From NCBI GenBank assembly GCA_023213395.1, contig CM041465.1, positions 147,195,741 to 147,259,740 of the forward strand: a stretch of 64,000 bases of DNA. Reading direction: 5' to 3'. Below the pieces are notes generated by a model. That model did not search any database and was not told the DNA's origin. It worked only from the letters and a program-made list of their open reading frames with translations. This document shows positions 27,301-40,603 of the stretch, one piece after another; within the stretch, counting starts at the first letter, position 1; each line of letters opens with the position of its first letter. Made by a program: the position numbers and the translations under genes. This DNA comes from Cycas panzhihuaensis. Taxonomy: Eukaryota > Plantae > Cycadophyta.

Positions 27301-29935
27301 TGGATTTTTATGGCACAACATATTTGCAAACTTTTATGTGCCAATATTTATTTAACTACTTGTAGTTTGGGTGTCCATTTTTTCTATGTGTGTGATGATT
27401 ATGTAGGGTTTAACAACTAGGCATTTTTAATAGGTTGCTTGTCTTATACTTTTGTGCTCTTCCTTGCATAGAGTTCCACAGCTTGGATTGGTGGTCTTTT
27501 GTGGCAACAGGCATTGATTTCCATATATGGTTGTGTGTCTTAGCCCTTCTTTCATATAGATGATTATATATTCAAGCGACTCTTTATGCTAGTTGTTGGC
27601 TTTTCGTCATAGGTCATAAGGGATCATGGATGGATGGACTATAATTATTTTTAATCAAATGCAAACTATATCGTGAAAGTGTGTATAAGCGATTTCTCCA
27701 TGATCTTACCAAGTTTCTCTTTATGATCTGTAAACAAATATGTCTTAGGCACTTCTTCACAAATCTGTCAGGGATTCCCTATGTTTGAAGTGTCACCTTC
27801 CATAATACTGCAACATACGTATTTGAACTCTATTGTTTTATCTTAGGTGGCTATGTGTCGCACTAATTAACATAACTTCTTTACAAATAATTTTCATCTT
27901 ATTTTTTAAGCCAAATTACCCTGTTAATGGCCTTTAGTTTGCTATTTTAAATGCCTTATATACACCAAACCCTAGCTTCATATAATCCATGATAGAAGTA
28001 GATAACCAAGAAATCCATAGCTAACATAATTTCTCATGTTTTTGTTATTTGCAAAATCTTTAAATTCGTCAAACTCTAACAAGTCATATTTTATGTCCAT
28101 ATATTTAAACACAAAATCCTTATTTTCTTAATAACAATATATCAACCTTTATATCTTGTCAAATATTATATTTCTTCATACCCCTTAATATCTCACTTAA
28201 TTTTCACTTTGCCCACATAATTAAATACACTATTTACATGTCATCAATACCATATACCTTTTAACATTTGCTATTCAAAATACCACCTCATACCTGTTAT
28301 CATTTGTCACTTATCATTTTGGACATGACTTCTATTTGTTTCCTATTTTTACTAATGGGCTACTAGCTTCATTCTAGCAATGAATCTGCATCTGAAACAC
28401 CTGAAAAAGACTCTAGAATGATTTATTAGTGATAATGAATCCTCAGAAGGACACTTGCAAAAGCCTTCATTATGAATTGATAAACTTCATTAATGTATCG
28501 CTTTCATAGGGTGATCGACCCTACTTAAGTAATATGTCATGGATAAACTTCAAATACACTTGCATATTAGTAGTATATGTGTACAACATGCATAATAATT
28601 GTTCATAATAAAATTAACATATTAACATACCATTAGTATATGCTTCATCTCTTATATGTAACTTCATTTATCATTGGTATATGGCTACCATTTATCCCAT
28701 TCATCTTCTTTGGCCCCTAGATCTTGGTCATATGTCACTAGAATTACTCTAATATATTTAAATTTTTTTTTTACCATTCACCTCATATTTAGGTCCTCTA
28801 CTGGGTCTGTCAGTGGCTTATATTAGCTCATCAAACTAGTTGAATAGGCTTTTTCTTGTTACACAAGATCTTTCAACTAACCATGGCTTTGATACCATGT
28901 TAGAATTTATAATTGTATTTTGATACCATATTAGAAATATGTACACATTGAAATAAATTAATATGAATCATAAAATAAATAACACATTAAACATACACCA
29001 TAAAAAATGCAACATATTTATATGTGGAAAACCTAATATGGTTAAAACCACGGGAGAAGGTAGAGTTAGAAGCTTCTCTTAATGATCAAAATAATTACAT
29101 CTCATTTCCCAAGTTCTTAAGTGGTGTGTGTATATATTTATATCAAGATCCACCTATTATGTTTCTTTTGATATTTTTCATCATCCAATAGCATAATTAC
29201 ATAGACAAATGTGAATCTCACATATTTTAATATGCGTGATTGGTAGAATTTTGTATGTCTTATCACACTAATATTAAATATTATACATACGATTAAATCA
29301 TATATTCCAACAACTTCCTTATACGAAGGCCAAAATCGAAACAATAAATTGCAATATGAAAAAGACAGTGAAGGCTTTAAAGTGAGTAGTGACTTAAACC
29401 TATTTGGTAAAGATTTAGTATAATTGTTAATTGTTGAAAGTGGATGAAATAATTAATGTATTTTTGGGTTCATCATTTGAAATTTTAAAGGGTATATTTT
29501 CACTCAATGTGATAGTTAATAGTTCCAACATATATTTATGATTTTGATTAATGATTTTTGAGTAAAGATACTTAAGAAGGAAATAAGTTGCCTCATATTA
29601 AGCATTTTTTAATATTTAAACCATTTTCAAAGATACGAGAGCATTAAAGAATGATAAAAAAAGAGAGTGATTTTATTCCTTGATTGCTGAAATTTTTGGT
29701 GAATTTCTTTTGTCGTGAGGAAAAAATCCACTACCTTGTTTTATGATCACCTTATTGTAATATTTTAATGAAAAAATTTTGGTGAGATTGTTGAAGTTGC
29801 ATCAATTACAAATAATACTTTGACGTAGAAGAAATAAAAGATATTAAGGCCATTTTTTTGTCTTAAATTGTTAATATTAGATTACATAGTTAAATGGAGG
29901 AAGTTTGATTTAAAATATAAGATATCATGAGTAAA
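21347..29935 (+). mobile_element. Old decayed LTR-element internal region (O, copy 2), interrupted by D and ending where F begins
   Basis: ...TCTAACA followed by PBS TGGTATCAAAGC at 21347-21358; distal part homologous to 1-760; no recognisable ORF. The start of the upstream LTR (about 20800) is not defined, and continuity from the PBS to 24545 is assumed. Confidence 0.5.
24812..29312 (-). mobile_element. Non-autonomous LTR retroelement D (LARD-like, 4.5 kb)
   Basis: 5' LTR 28898-29312 and 3' LTR 24812-25298; reverse-complement PBS GCTTTGATACCA at 28886-28897; reverse-complement PPT TTTCCCCTTAA from 25299; perfect TSD ACTTC at 24807-24811 and 29313-29317; no internal ORF of 60 aa or more. Confidence 0.9.
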
Positions 29936-30605
29936 ACTATTATAGGAAGGCATGCAATAGAAATTATAATTACATGGATTAACTATCAAACATTAGAAAA
30001 TTAATTTTAAATATTTGATAAAATTTTATATTAATAAATATTTCACGTTACAAAACTATCTCACTAATCCTTACTCTTCACTCTTACATTTTTACAAATA
30101 AACTATATATAACTAAATGCAATATTAAATAGAATATTAATTCTATCTAATATGACACATGTGAGGAGAGTCATAATTCCTATTGACTCATCATTCACAT
30201 AACATTAAATAATTCTACATTTAATATAATATAAATAGTAAGGGGATGTTGATAACCTAAGGTTATGAACTCAAAATAAATATTAAAATTCGTATTTAAT
30301 ACTCTTTATTAATATTTATTTCATTTTTCTTGACATTTAAACCATCAAAGAGAGTTTGGAATATGTTATGTGCTAGTGGTTTGGTAAAGATATTTGTTAA
30401 TTGTTCTTCTATCACCCTATCCACCATCTTAATCACATATTTTTTAATCGACTTTCAAATAAAATGATGGTGCATCTCATTATGCTTACTACGAGTGTGA
30501 AACATATGATTTTTGGTAATATTTAAAGTATTTAGGTTGTCACAGTATAAGATAGTTGGTTCTAATTGTTGTAGTCCCATGTCCTTCAAAAATATGAGAT
30601 AACCA

Positions 30606-33600
30606 TATTGGAATATTAATGCACATTTAATTTATCCTACATGCAAGTGGGTTCCACTCTCACTATATTGACATGTATTATAAATACACAACATAGTGTA
30701 TTATATTGTAATTTATTGTAACAATATTGTAATGATGTTTTATTAATACAATGGAGGTACCTTAAGGGTACCATTCAATACTGTAGAGGTGTGTTTTGTT
30801 CTGTTTGCGAATATCTTATTACAGGTCTATTTTCTAATATGGTATCAGAGCGTCGAGGTTGAGAGAGGTGTTTTTGTTCGGTATTAGAGCAATGATTTGG
30901 GAGGTGCCATAACATTGAAATTTCTTAAAAGTAACAGCAAAATTGAGACGAAATAGCTCGTTCTATAAAATTTGAGTAGTCGCGCTATAGATTTTGGGGT
31001 GAAAATGTAAAAATTGCAGCAAAATTAATTTTGGTCTGCTATTTTTCCGTCGTCGTATTTTTGGGACAAATCTACAACCTCAAATTCAAAGAGCCATAAC
31101 TTTGGCTACAGGTATCCAAATGACCTCAATTTTTTTTTTATTCTGTGTGGTTTTTAATTCTCTTTCTAACAGAAGTGGTTTGAGGTTCATCAGATTTCAG
31201 AATGAAAAGTTATTATCAGTTTATCAGAAGGTACTATTACAGCCCCTAGAAACCCTAATTGTGAAATTCTTAAAAGGATCATAACTTTTTATCCAGATAT
31301 CAGAATTCAATTTTGTCTAAACTGTTGGAATCATATTTCATAGGCCATTATTTTCATCCATATTTTATGTATTTTTTAGCTATATTTTTTTTAAAAATAA
31401 TTTTTTTAGAAATTTAAGGGTTTCATATTGATATGGTGACATGAATGAGGTAATGATAATGAGGTGATATAAGTGTTTTGTACTCTTAATTGGTGATAAA
31501 GTAGTGACATTTGGCATTTTCATAGTGCTATCTTACATGTGATTTACATAAATTGGGTGATTTTGCAATATGAGGTGTTGCGTATGTTGTGCATGGGAGA
31601 GTATTGTTGCAATGTAAGATGATATTAAGTTATGTTGATATGAATGTATTTAGCACTCTATTGGTGATTTGAAGTGCATGATGGTGATTGTTTAATGGAA
31701 AATTAAGTGACTTCTTACATGTGTTCATATGAGAGAGCTATTGTGATGATGACATAGTATGGTGATGAAGCAACAATGCATGTGTTTGCATGAATGAGTT
31801 GGGTGGCATATGGTGATTTAATGCTCCTTGTAATATGATTTATGTGAAGGGACTTTATAGGCATGATAAAACTAATTTGAGGATAAGAAAGATAGTGATA
31901 TGAGGCGATGAGATGCTTGTTGCATGTGAGGTTAACATGACAAGATTGGGCAATTATTGGGCATGTTTTGAGGATGAGATTAGGGATGTTTGATGATGTG
32001 TTCTAGTTGATTGAATGGGCAAAGAAGGATGAGTTTCTTGTTGAAGATACCTGAGTTGCAAGGAAGCAAAATTATTAAATTGTGTAATGGCATAAGTTGT
32101 ATGTTTTGGACAATCAAGTGAAGTGTATGTCTTGGTAGTGACATATGACATGTATGATCATTGTGAGATTTATGAGGCATTGATTTGGTGAAGTGAGTCT
32201 TTAGATTCTACGTGACTGGTTGGTGATATGTGAAAGCAAATGATGTGAGGATAAAGTCAATGATGTGAAAGATATGAGATATGAGAGAATTTGGTGAGTA
32301 TGATTAACAAGTAAGTTACCAATGTTAGGTGAGTTTGTTGATTGAAAAATGGACACATTGTTTAGAGATGGCATTTATAATCATAGAAGAGAATGATGTG
32401 GTTATGTATGTTCCTGAAACAAATGAATATTACTTGAAGGATTCATTTCTTCCAATACCTAAGTGCAATGGTGAAGAGTACTTATTTTGGACAATTAAAA
32501 TGAGATGTCTATTCATAGTTAGAGGTTTATGGAAGATTGTTACTGATGAATATGATATCCCTAATGATGAAGAAGAAAAGGAAATGCTTGAGAAGAAAGA
32601 TAGAAAAGCATTCATTATGATTCATGCTATATTCAATGATCTTGATCTTCCTTCCAAATTCTATTTTGTCATTCCTATGATTCTGCATGCGAGTAATGCT
32701 AAAGAAGCTTGGGATTTTCTAAGGGAAGTATTTGAACAAACTCCTGAAGAGACACAATGAATGATTGAAAAATCAATTAGGGCTAGCTATGGTACATGTA
32801 CAACGAATAAAGAAAATATCATCAACAGTGATGAAACAGCATGTCAAGATGAAGAATATATGAGTATTGATGAAATTTCTACTAAATGTAAAGAAATGAT
32901 GGTTGAATGCATTGATGAGACTACAACTACTAATTAAGACATTGAAAGTGATGAGTTGATAAAGGTTTATATAGATGACACCATGATTTCAAGAGAAATT
33001 AAATATGAATATGATGATCCTATAAAGGATGAGTCTTATATTGATGATATTCCTATTTTAAGTATTGATTCAAGTTTGAATGATGCTCCTTCTTTGAGTG
33101 TTGATTCAAATTCAAAAAGTATGCAAGTTGATCAAGATTCCACTCCTAAGGTTGAAGAAATCACTGTTATATATGGTGATCAAGAACTTATATAAGATAA
33201 TGATGACAAGAAAGTTGTGTTTGAAGATGGTTACTTACAAGATCTTCATCACAATCAGACTAGACTATCCGTAATAAAGAATCAGAATTTGCATTTGCTA
33301 GAGCAGCTACATCAATGTCATCACTACATAATTGAAAGTGGAAATCAAATTGACGATACCATCTTACAAAGGCATCAGTACATAATTGAAGATGAAGACA
33401 TCATTCTACAGTAAAGACATCACTACAAGATTGAAGACAAGTATCAAGTTGAAGACATTATTTTCAAGACATTTTCAAGGACAAGGCATTGTAAGTACAA
33501 ATGACCCAAATGTGCATTAAGGGGGAGTGTTGGAATATTAATACACATTTAATTTATCCCATATGCAAGTGGGTTCCACTCTCACTATATTGACATGTAT

Positions 33601-33761
33601 TATAAATACACAACATAGTGTATCATATTGTAATTGATTATAACAATGTTGTAATGATGTTTTGTTAATACAATGGAGGTACCTTAAGGGTATCGTTCAA
33701 TACTGTGGATGTGTGTTTTGTTCTATTTGCTAATATCTTATTACAGGTCTATTTTCCAACA
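30606..33761 (+). mobile_element. Gag-only non-autonomous LTR element E (TR-GAG-like), nested in the RNase H of F
   Basis: 234-bp LTRs at 30606-30839 and 33528-33761; PBS TGGTATCAGAGC at 30840; PPT TTAAGGGGGAG; perfect TSD AACCA at 30601-30605 and 33762-33766; no pol motifs. Confidence 0.95.
32329..33504 (+). pseudogene. Gag-like ORF of E (Copia Gag N-terminal region plus long acidic tail)
   Basis: ORFs at 32329, 32956 and 33217 share one frame, separated only by point stops; PKCNGEEYLFWTIKMRCLFIVRGLWKIV and NAKEAWDFL match Copia Gag (DUF4219/UBN2-type). Confidence 0.8.
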
Positions 33762-36700
33762 AACCAAATTGATTCTATAGTTGCTACAACTACAACCTTG
33801 TACTCTATTTCAATAGAGAATAAAGTAATATTAATTATTTTTTACTACTCCATATGATAGTCGTTGAATCCAAATTGAAACAATACCTAAAAGTCAAACT
33901 TCTACTATCTACACATTTATCTTAATTAAAATCTATAAAAGTTACTGACTTAAAATTATTGTTCTGCTATAATTTGAGTCTATAGTAAAGCATTTCTTTC
34001 AAGTATTTGAAAATCCTCGTTGCAATTTTCCAATAATTCTAATTTGGCATTAACATAAACTTGGACACCATTTGTACTACAAAAGATATATCAGATCTAT
34101 TAGTAATCATGTGTATTAGATTTTTCACTAATTGCTTATACAATGTAGAATCAACGTCTACTCCACCATCATTCACTATCAAACTAGAACCTACCTCTAT
34201 GGGGGTAGGCACATCTATTCTAAATTTCTTAGAAAATTTTAAGTATATTTTACCTGTAAGATAAAAATATACTTAAGACTTTCCCATGATTTCACTCTAA
34301 GGAAGTAGTGTAGAATTCTCAGATTTTTTCATCTCAAAGTAATGAAAAAGATCTATCTTCAAGCATAATATCATATCAATATCATTAGCTATGATCAGTA
34401 GAGCCTCAACATATAACACCACAAATATGATTTTATTATTTTTTGCTTTGATGCATACATTTGAGTCAACTAGAAATTTCTTAAACCCATTTTTTTGAAA
34501 GTATTGATCAATCTTTTAATACTAGGTTTTAGGAGCCTATTTTAGGTTATATAAGGTCTTCTTGAGTCAATATGACAAGCGTTCATGACCTTTTTCAACA
34601 AAGCCAAGTGGTTGCTCCATGTAGATTTCTTTATTTAAATTCTCTTTTTAAAATGTGCTTTTCACATCTGTCTGGCTCAGTTACCAATTAAATTATACAG
34701 TTATCACCATAATGAGATGAATAGTATTCATCTTTGTAACGAGCAAATATTAATTAGTAGTTGATCTCTTATTGTTGCTTGAAGACTTTTGTAACAAGTC
34801 ATGCTTTGTGTCTATTTACATATCCATTATATTTAAATTTAGTCCTATGCATTCATGTACATCTAATTATCTACTTCCTAGCATATAGTTTTACTAAATC
34901 CTATGTGTGGTTCTTCTTAACCATTTGGATTTCATTCTCCATAGGATCATACTATTTCTACTCTTTAAGAGCCTCTTCAACTATATATAATTCATTTTCA
35001 TCTAACACGTCATAAGAACCATGTTCACATGTTTATAGGATTGTACTTTTTATTTTTACTTTCCCTCAAAATTAGTTAACATTTTCTCAACAACCTCCAT
35101 AGTTTTTAAATACCATTTTAGGAGCTTCTTCTTCGAAAATAAAAATGTAGTATCTAATAGTTCACTAGTTTTATCTCAGAATTTTGCTCAAAATTAGCAT
35201 TTAAAAAATTGAAAGGATTGTAATTCTATTATTTTACCAATGTCAAATAGCCCATATTCTAGTTGAACAATGTCATGTGAAGAACTGTATTTAGGCAACT
35301 TCTCAATCTAGTTTTCAACATCAGTTGAACCAATATTTTGAGTCTTATCTTCCTAAAAGATTACATTATGAGTTGTGTGAACCTTTTAAAGTCAATAACT
35401 TATATATTCTATTAGCTTGTTTTCCTAGAGTATTATACAAGGATGCACTTCATGCTTTTATCATCCAACTTTCGTCATTTCTCCTTGAGAATAATCATGT
35501 ATGTTATGTACCAAAGAATTATAATATGACTTACAATTCATTTCCTACCTAACAAAGCTTCTTTAGGTATTATGTTTCTAACAACTGTAATAGTGTTTTG
35601 TTTATTAGATATGCAACTATATTGATAGCTTCTTCCCATAGGAAATCTATTACATCATTGCCTTACATTATCACTTTATTTTTTTTAACTAAAATTTTAT
35701 TTATTTACTCAATAAATCTATTTTGTTAAGGTGTATAGATAGTAGTAAATAGCCTCTTCATTCCATGATCGTTGTAAAACTGCATGAATTATTTAAAGTG
35801 TACTCTACACCATTATCAATTTATAGAACCTTGAACTTTTGACCACTTTCATTCTCTACTAACTCTTTGAACTATTTAAAACAAGTGAAGACTTGTAATT
35901 TTACCCTCAATCGAAAAAATCTAGACTTTCTTTAAAAAGTCATCATAAAAGTGATAAAGTATCTCACTCCATCTAGGGAGATGATAGGAATTGATCCACA
36001 AATATTTGAGTAAATCAATCCTAAATTCTCTTTGGATCTCCATGTTTTTTTCTTCAAAAATGGCTTTTTATGTTATTTTCTAAATATACAAGGTTCACAT
36101 AAACAACCTTTATTATTTATCATGGGAAGACTATACACCATTTGTAACATATGCATCAATTGACGAGTAGTGTAGTTTAAATGACCCATTCAGTCATGCC
36201 ATAACTTTTGTTTTAGAGATACTAATAGGAATGCTCTCTCTATATAAAAGTGTCATTACACTTTATACAAGTTATTCTCTCTAAGTTCCTTAGATGCAAC
36301 ATTATTTTATTTATCTTATACCATACATTGTTCTAGAGAAAACATTACAACCATGTCTTGTTGTTCAATCTCCCCAACTGAAATAAGGTTAGCCTTTATA
36401 TTTGGCACATATAAAACATTGCCTAGATATTATTTTTCTCTATTTGGCATGATAATTAGAAGTTTTTCTACTCTTATGGTCTCTAGACTTGTGTCGTCTC
36501 TAGTGGTGAACTAATTTACTTCCTATATTTGAAATAACCATTTCATCCTTTTAGTCATATGTTGTGATGCACTAGAATCAATGAACCAAACATCTTATGC
36601 ATCCGAACCTATTTTGTATACTACAATAAATAATTGTTTTGAAATCTTAGCAAGTGTGTTCTCTGTTGTATCTAAAATGTGACCACGTTATCTAGGTGAT

Positions 36701-39700
36701 CGCTATTGTCATTGTTGTTACCTTTGTCATTTGGGTTGCTATTATTATTATAAATGTTGCTAGTCTAATTTCCCACAATGATAACACTTTGGCTTTTATT
36801 ATCCCTTTAAAGTTTCTAGTTTGTCTTCTTGAACTACAGGTTCATAAGGCATATTTTTCTTTACAACAAAGGGCGTCTTTCCTTTTGATCTAGATGACAT
36901 CTCTCCAGATGATTTACTATGCATAAATTTCAACTTTTGCTCATGTTCTATCAGCAATGATTCTAAAGAACCAATTGTGAGAGTGGATAATTTATCTATC
37001 AAAGTTAATGTGGTTACAAAATTTTTATTCTGAGGTGGTAGAATCATGAACTATCTCACCTATAGTCACTAATTGATCTTGAATTATTTTTACATGTTGT
37101 ATATGCTCCATTATATTTCCAGTCATCTTCAAAGTATACGGTTGGCTCATTAGATTAATAGTTTTTACATTATTGTTATGGTTAAACAAATTTACAACTA
37201 TGTCCTATATCTGCTTAGGTGTAGTAACTCCCTTGATGTACAAAGTGACTCTACCATTAATTAACATGCTGAGAAAACCATATGTGATTTGTATCTTTGA
37301 CTAATATTCAACAATAAAATTGATATCTCAATAGTCAACTTAGTTTTAAATGTAGTAATATCATTAGCATCTTTATCCTTAATTGACTCATATAAATATT
37401 TCTATTATTCATTCAAATAAAAAAAATTAAACATGTGATGTGCTTCTAAATAGTGTAACTTTAAAGACCTATGAGTCTTTCTATGAAAATTCCCAATATA
37501 CCACCTGAAACGCGCTGAAAGGTTGATAGGATAAGATTGATATGCCTTGAGTTTATGCATAAGACCTAGGGTGAAATGGCCTAGCAAGGGTAGACAAATC
37601 CTATATCGTTGACTCGGGCATCCGTGCACTTCTAGAGCGTAATTGCAAAGGGACCTATATAAATGATCTAGGAAGCTAAACTAAGGCCAAATGGTATGTG
37701 TACAAATGTGTTAGGGTTGATATATGGTAGTGTTGTAATAAATGTTCTTTTTACTCCTCTTATTAGAACCTAGGGTTGATTAAGGGGAAAAGACCACATA
37801 CATGTAATGCAAACTATATGTTTTTTTCCTTTTGAATGTATTAGAAAATACCAAATATAAATAGATAGGATGCCAGAATCATTTATGTATAGAAAAGACT
37901 CGAATAAAACAAGCACACATGATAAATAAATTTGACGTGGGAACCCTTTCAGGAAAAAATCCACAACAAACATTTTATTATATTTTGATAAATCTATAAT
38001 TTTTTTTATAATGGACTTTGATCTATTTTTATAGATTGTAAGTGTATCAAATATAGAAATTTAGATTATATCTATCGGCTCACATAATCTTATAATATTA
38101 TATTAATATATTCGCACAATATATTCACCAATTTTACAGTAGTCAATAAGTGATATAATATCACTCTAACATCCCCTCTTAATATAAATATGGGGTCTTG
38201 AAGTCTTCCCACGACTTGGTATATCTATTTATCCTTATCGATAGGCCCCCCTTAAGGATGAACTTATTGAATCTTAAACTTATACAATTGTATAAAGCGA
38301 TCTTCAATAAGAGCTTGGTGAACATGCCCTCAAGTTGATCTTCACTTAGATAAAACTCAACTTGCATCCTCCCTTATCTGATCTGCTCTCAGATGTAATA
38401 GTGCCATGTCTCATTTGTATATGATTCTTTGGAAATACATCTAATAGTTACTACAACCATATAGCTCTCTCTTGCACTGACACTTAGTCCATAGTATTCA
38501 ACTTGTTCTTTGACTAAACTAAAAGGTTGAGCCACTTGAGCAATATAGATCTCCTCTTCAAGTCTCTGTTAAGGAATGTTGACCTCTTGTTCATTCGATG
38601 TGACTCCCAACTATTTGTAACTACCAAAGTAATAACTAATCAAACCTATAAGAACATAAAGACTTGTGTAAATGTCTCCTCATAATTAAATCCTTCTTTC
38701 TGCTTGAAATCCTTTGCATCAAGTCTTGCCAACTTTCAAACTGACCAAGTTATTTGAGAGAGGTAAGGAAATCAAATCCCACACGTATCACTCCTCCTCC
38801 ATTACAGCTCTCTATTACAAATATTCCTTTCACTAAAATGTTGGTGTCTATCACAAGTTTTGACTGGCATGTTGATCCTTGTTCTTTAATCATCCCCTTG
38901 ATCTTTAATTGTCACATCAGAGTCATCAATGGTCCTCCTAGCCCAAAATGGAACATGAGATTGCAAATCATACTTCTTTTAATAGCTCCTCATCATCACT
39001 CCCATTAGGTCCTAATTTTGTCTCAAATATAATATTAAGTACACAAATCTCTATACCTACTGAACCATGGATCACAAAGAGAAGAAATGAAGGATAAAAC
39101 ATATATTTAGATGACACTCAGAATGATACATCATAAACTTATTTAAATTTGACATCTAGACTAATCACAATGCTTTCCCCCTATAGATCACATACTTTGT
39201 AAACTTTATTTCAAACTCCATACAAATACAATCCAAACCCTTGCAATCTCACTGTTATGATCTTCATCTAATATGTGTGCACTCCAATGCACCTCAAATA
39301 ACCAATAAAAGCTTTCTAACTGGTCCAACATAATTAAAGTGAGGGGTTATGTCATGAATAGCCTTAATAAGTACCTGTTAAATAGCTGTTGCAATAGCTT
39401 TTACCAAAAAGTGTGAAAGGTAAATTATTAATATACACTAAACATCTCCTCATTTATATCATGGTACAGTTCTCTTATCTACAACACAAACTTATATAGG
39501 GTACATAGGACAACCAACTCCTGTTTAATACCATGACAAAGGTAGAACTAATTTTAAGGCATCCTCATCATACACCTTTCTATTCACACTTCAATTTCAT
39601 TACAACCATAATATTAAATATATATTAGACTTGTTTAGATATACACAGATATTGAACCAACATCTAATAGGCTAAAAACTCCATGCTACTGTCTGTTCAA

Positions 39701-40507
39701 CCACCTAAAGCATAATGGTCCACCACAAGCTGATAACCACTTATACAAATAGGCCAAAAAATTTGTAATTTTGAACCACATCACTTCATATATTTAATGT
39801 AAAAACACTAATATAACTTAAATAAAAAACACCACTTTATAATATATAAATCATATTTGTAATGAATATGTGATGATCCATGCTATAACATGGTTTACTT
39901 GTTGTGCAGTTTAGTATCTCCATACCTCACACCCTTTTATCAATCAATGATAATTCATTGTCTTAATAACACTTACCCAACAAACTCTTTTATGTAAATA
40001 CATATAAGAAGAGCATACCATCACATAATCACCCACTTCACCACATCATCAATAGAGTATCCAATATACTCACTTTGCCATTAGAATGCCTTGTATACAC
40101 CTAATACCATAAACATCACCATAGTGTGCCCACTTGACCCAAGATAACTTAAGGCTTTTCAAAAACTAATATCAAAATGATCTCTTAATATATTAGCAAA
40201 ACTTCAATAAAAAATTAATATATTAATGGCCACCATTGATACTAGTGACAAGAAAACTAACTAATGACCTTAATATCAAATGATCAAAGGGTGAATACCA
40301 TTAAAATGATATTATTAGGGTAATCATGATGCAATATTAATATCAACCATAAAATATTAATACAAGGTATCCAAATCAATGCGCAATGATAGGTGACTTC
40401 AAATGCATTAAATAATGACAATCAACACCACATTAATAAGTCCAAATATATCAATGGCGATTAAATCATTAATTGAACGACATCATGTGATATATCAAAT
40501 GGTGCCT

Positions 40508-40535
40508 TTATATATATGTGTATGTGTGTGTGTGT

Positions 40536-40586
<51 letters not shown>

Positions 40587-40603
40587 CATACATACATACA
40601 TAC
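40508..40603. repeat. Compound microsatellite (TA)n(TG)n(TACA)n
   Basis: Direct reading of the sequence. Confidence 0.95.

Larger units (their letters stand above)
29940..37500 (-). mobile_element. Degenerate Ty1/Copia F (gag-pol pseudogene, interrupted by E; 5' LTR not in the window)
   Basis: Minus-strand gag LPPQNKNFVTTL (ORF 36799-37047), protease WFIDSSASQHMT near 36570, integrase at about 35500-36050, RT at about 34300-35000. RNase H is split by E: IEIEYKVVVVATIESIW on one side and LYCDNL...FHTRSKH...QLTNIFTKPL on the other. Putative 3' LTR about 29940-30300, boundaries approximate. Confidence 0.8.
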
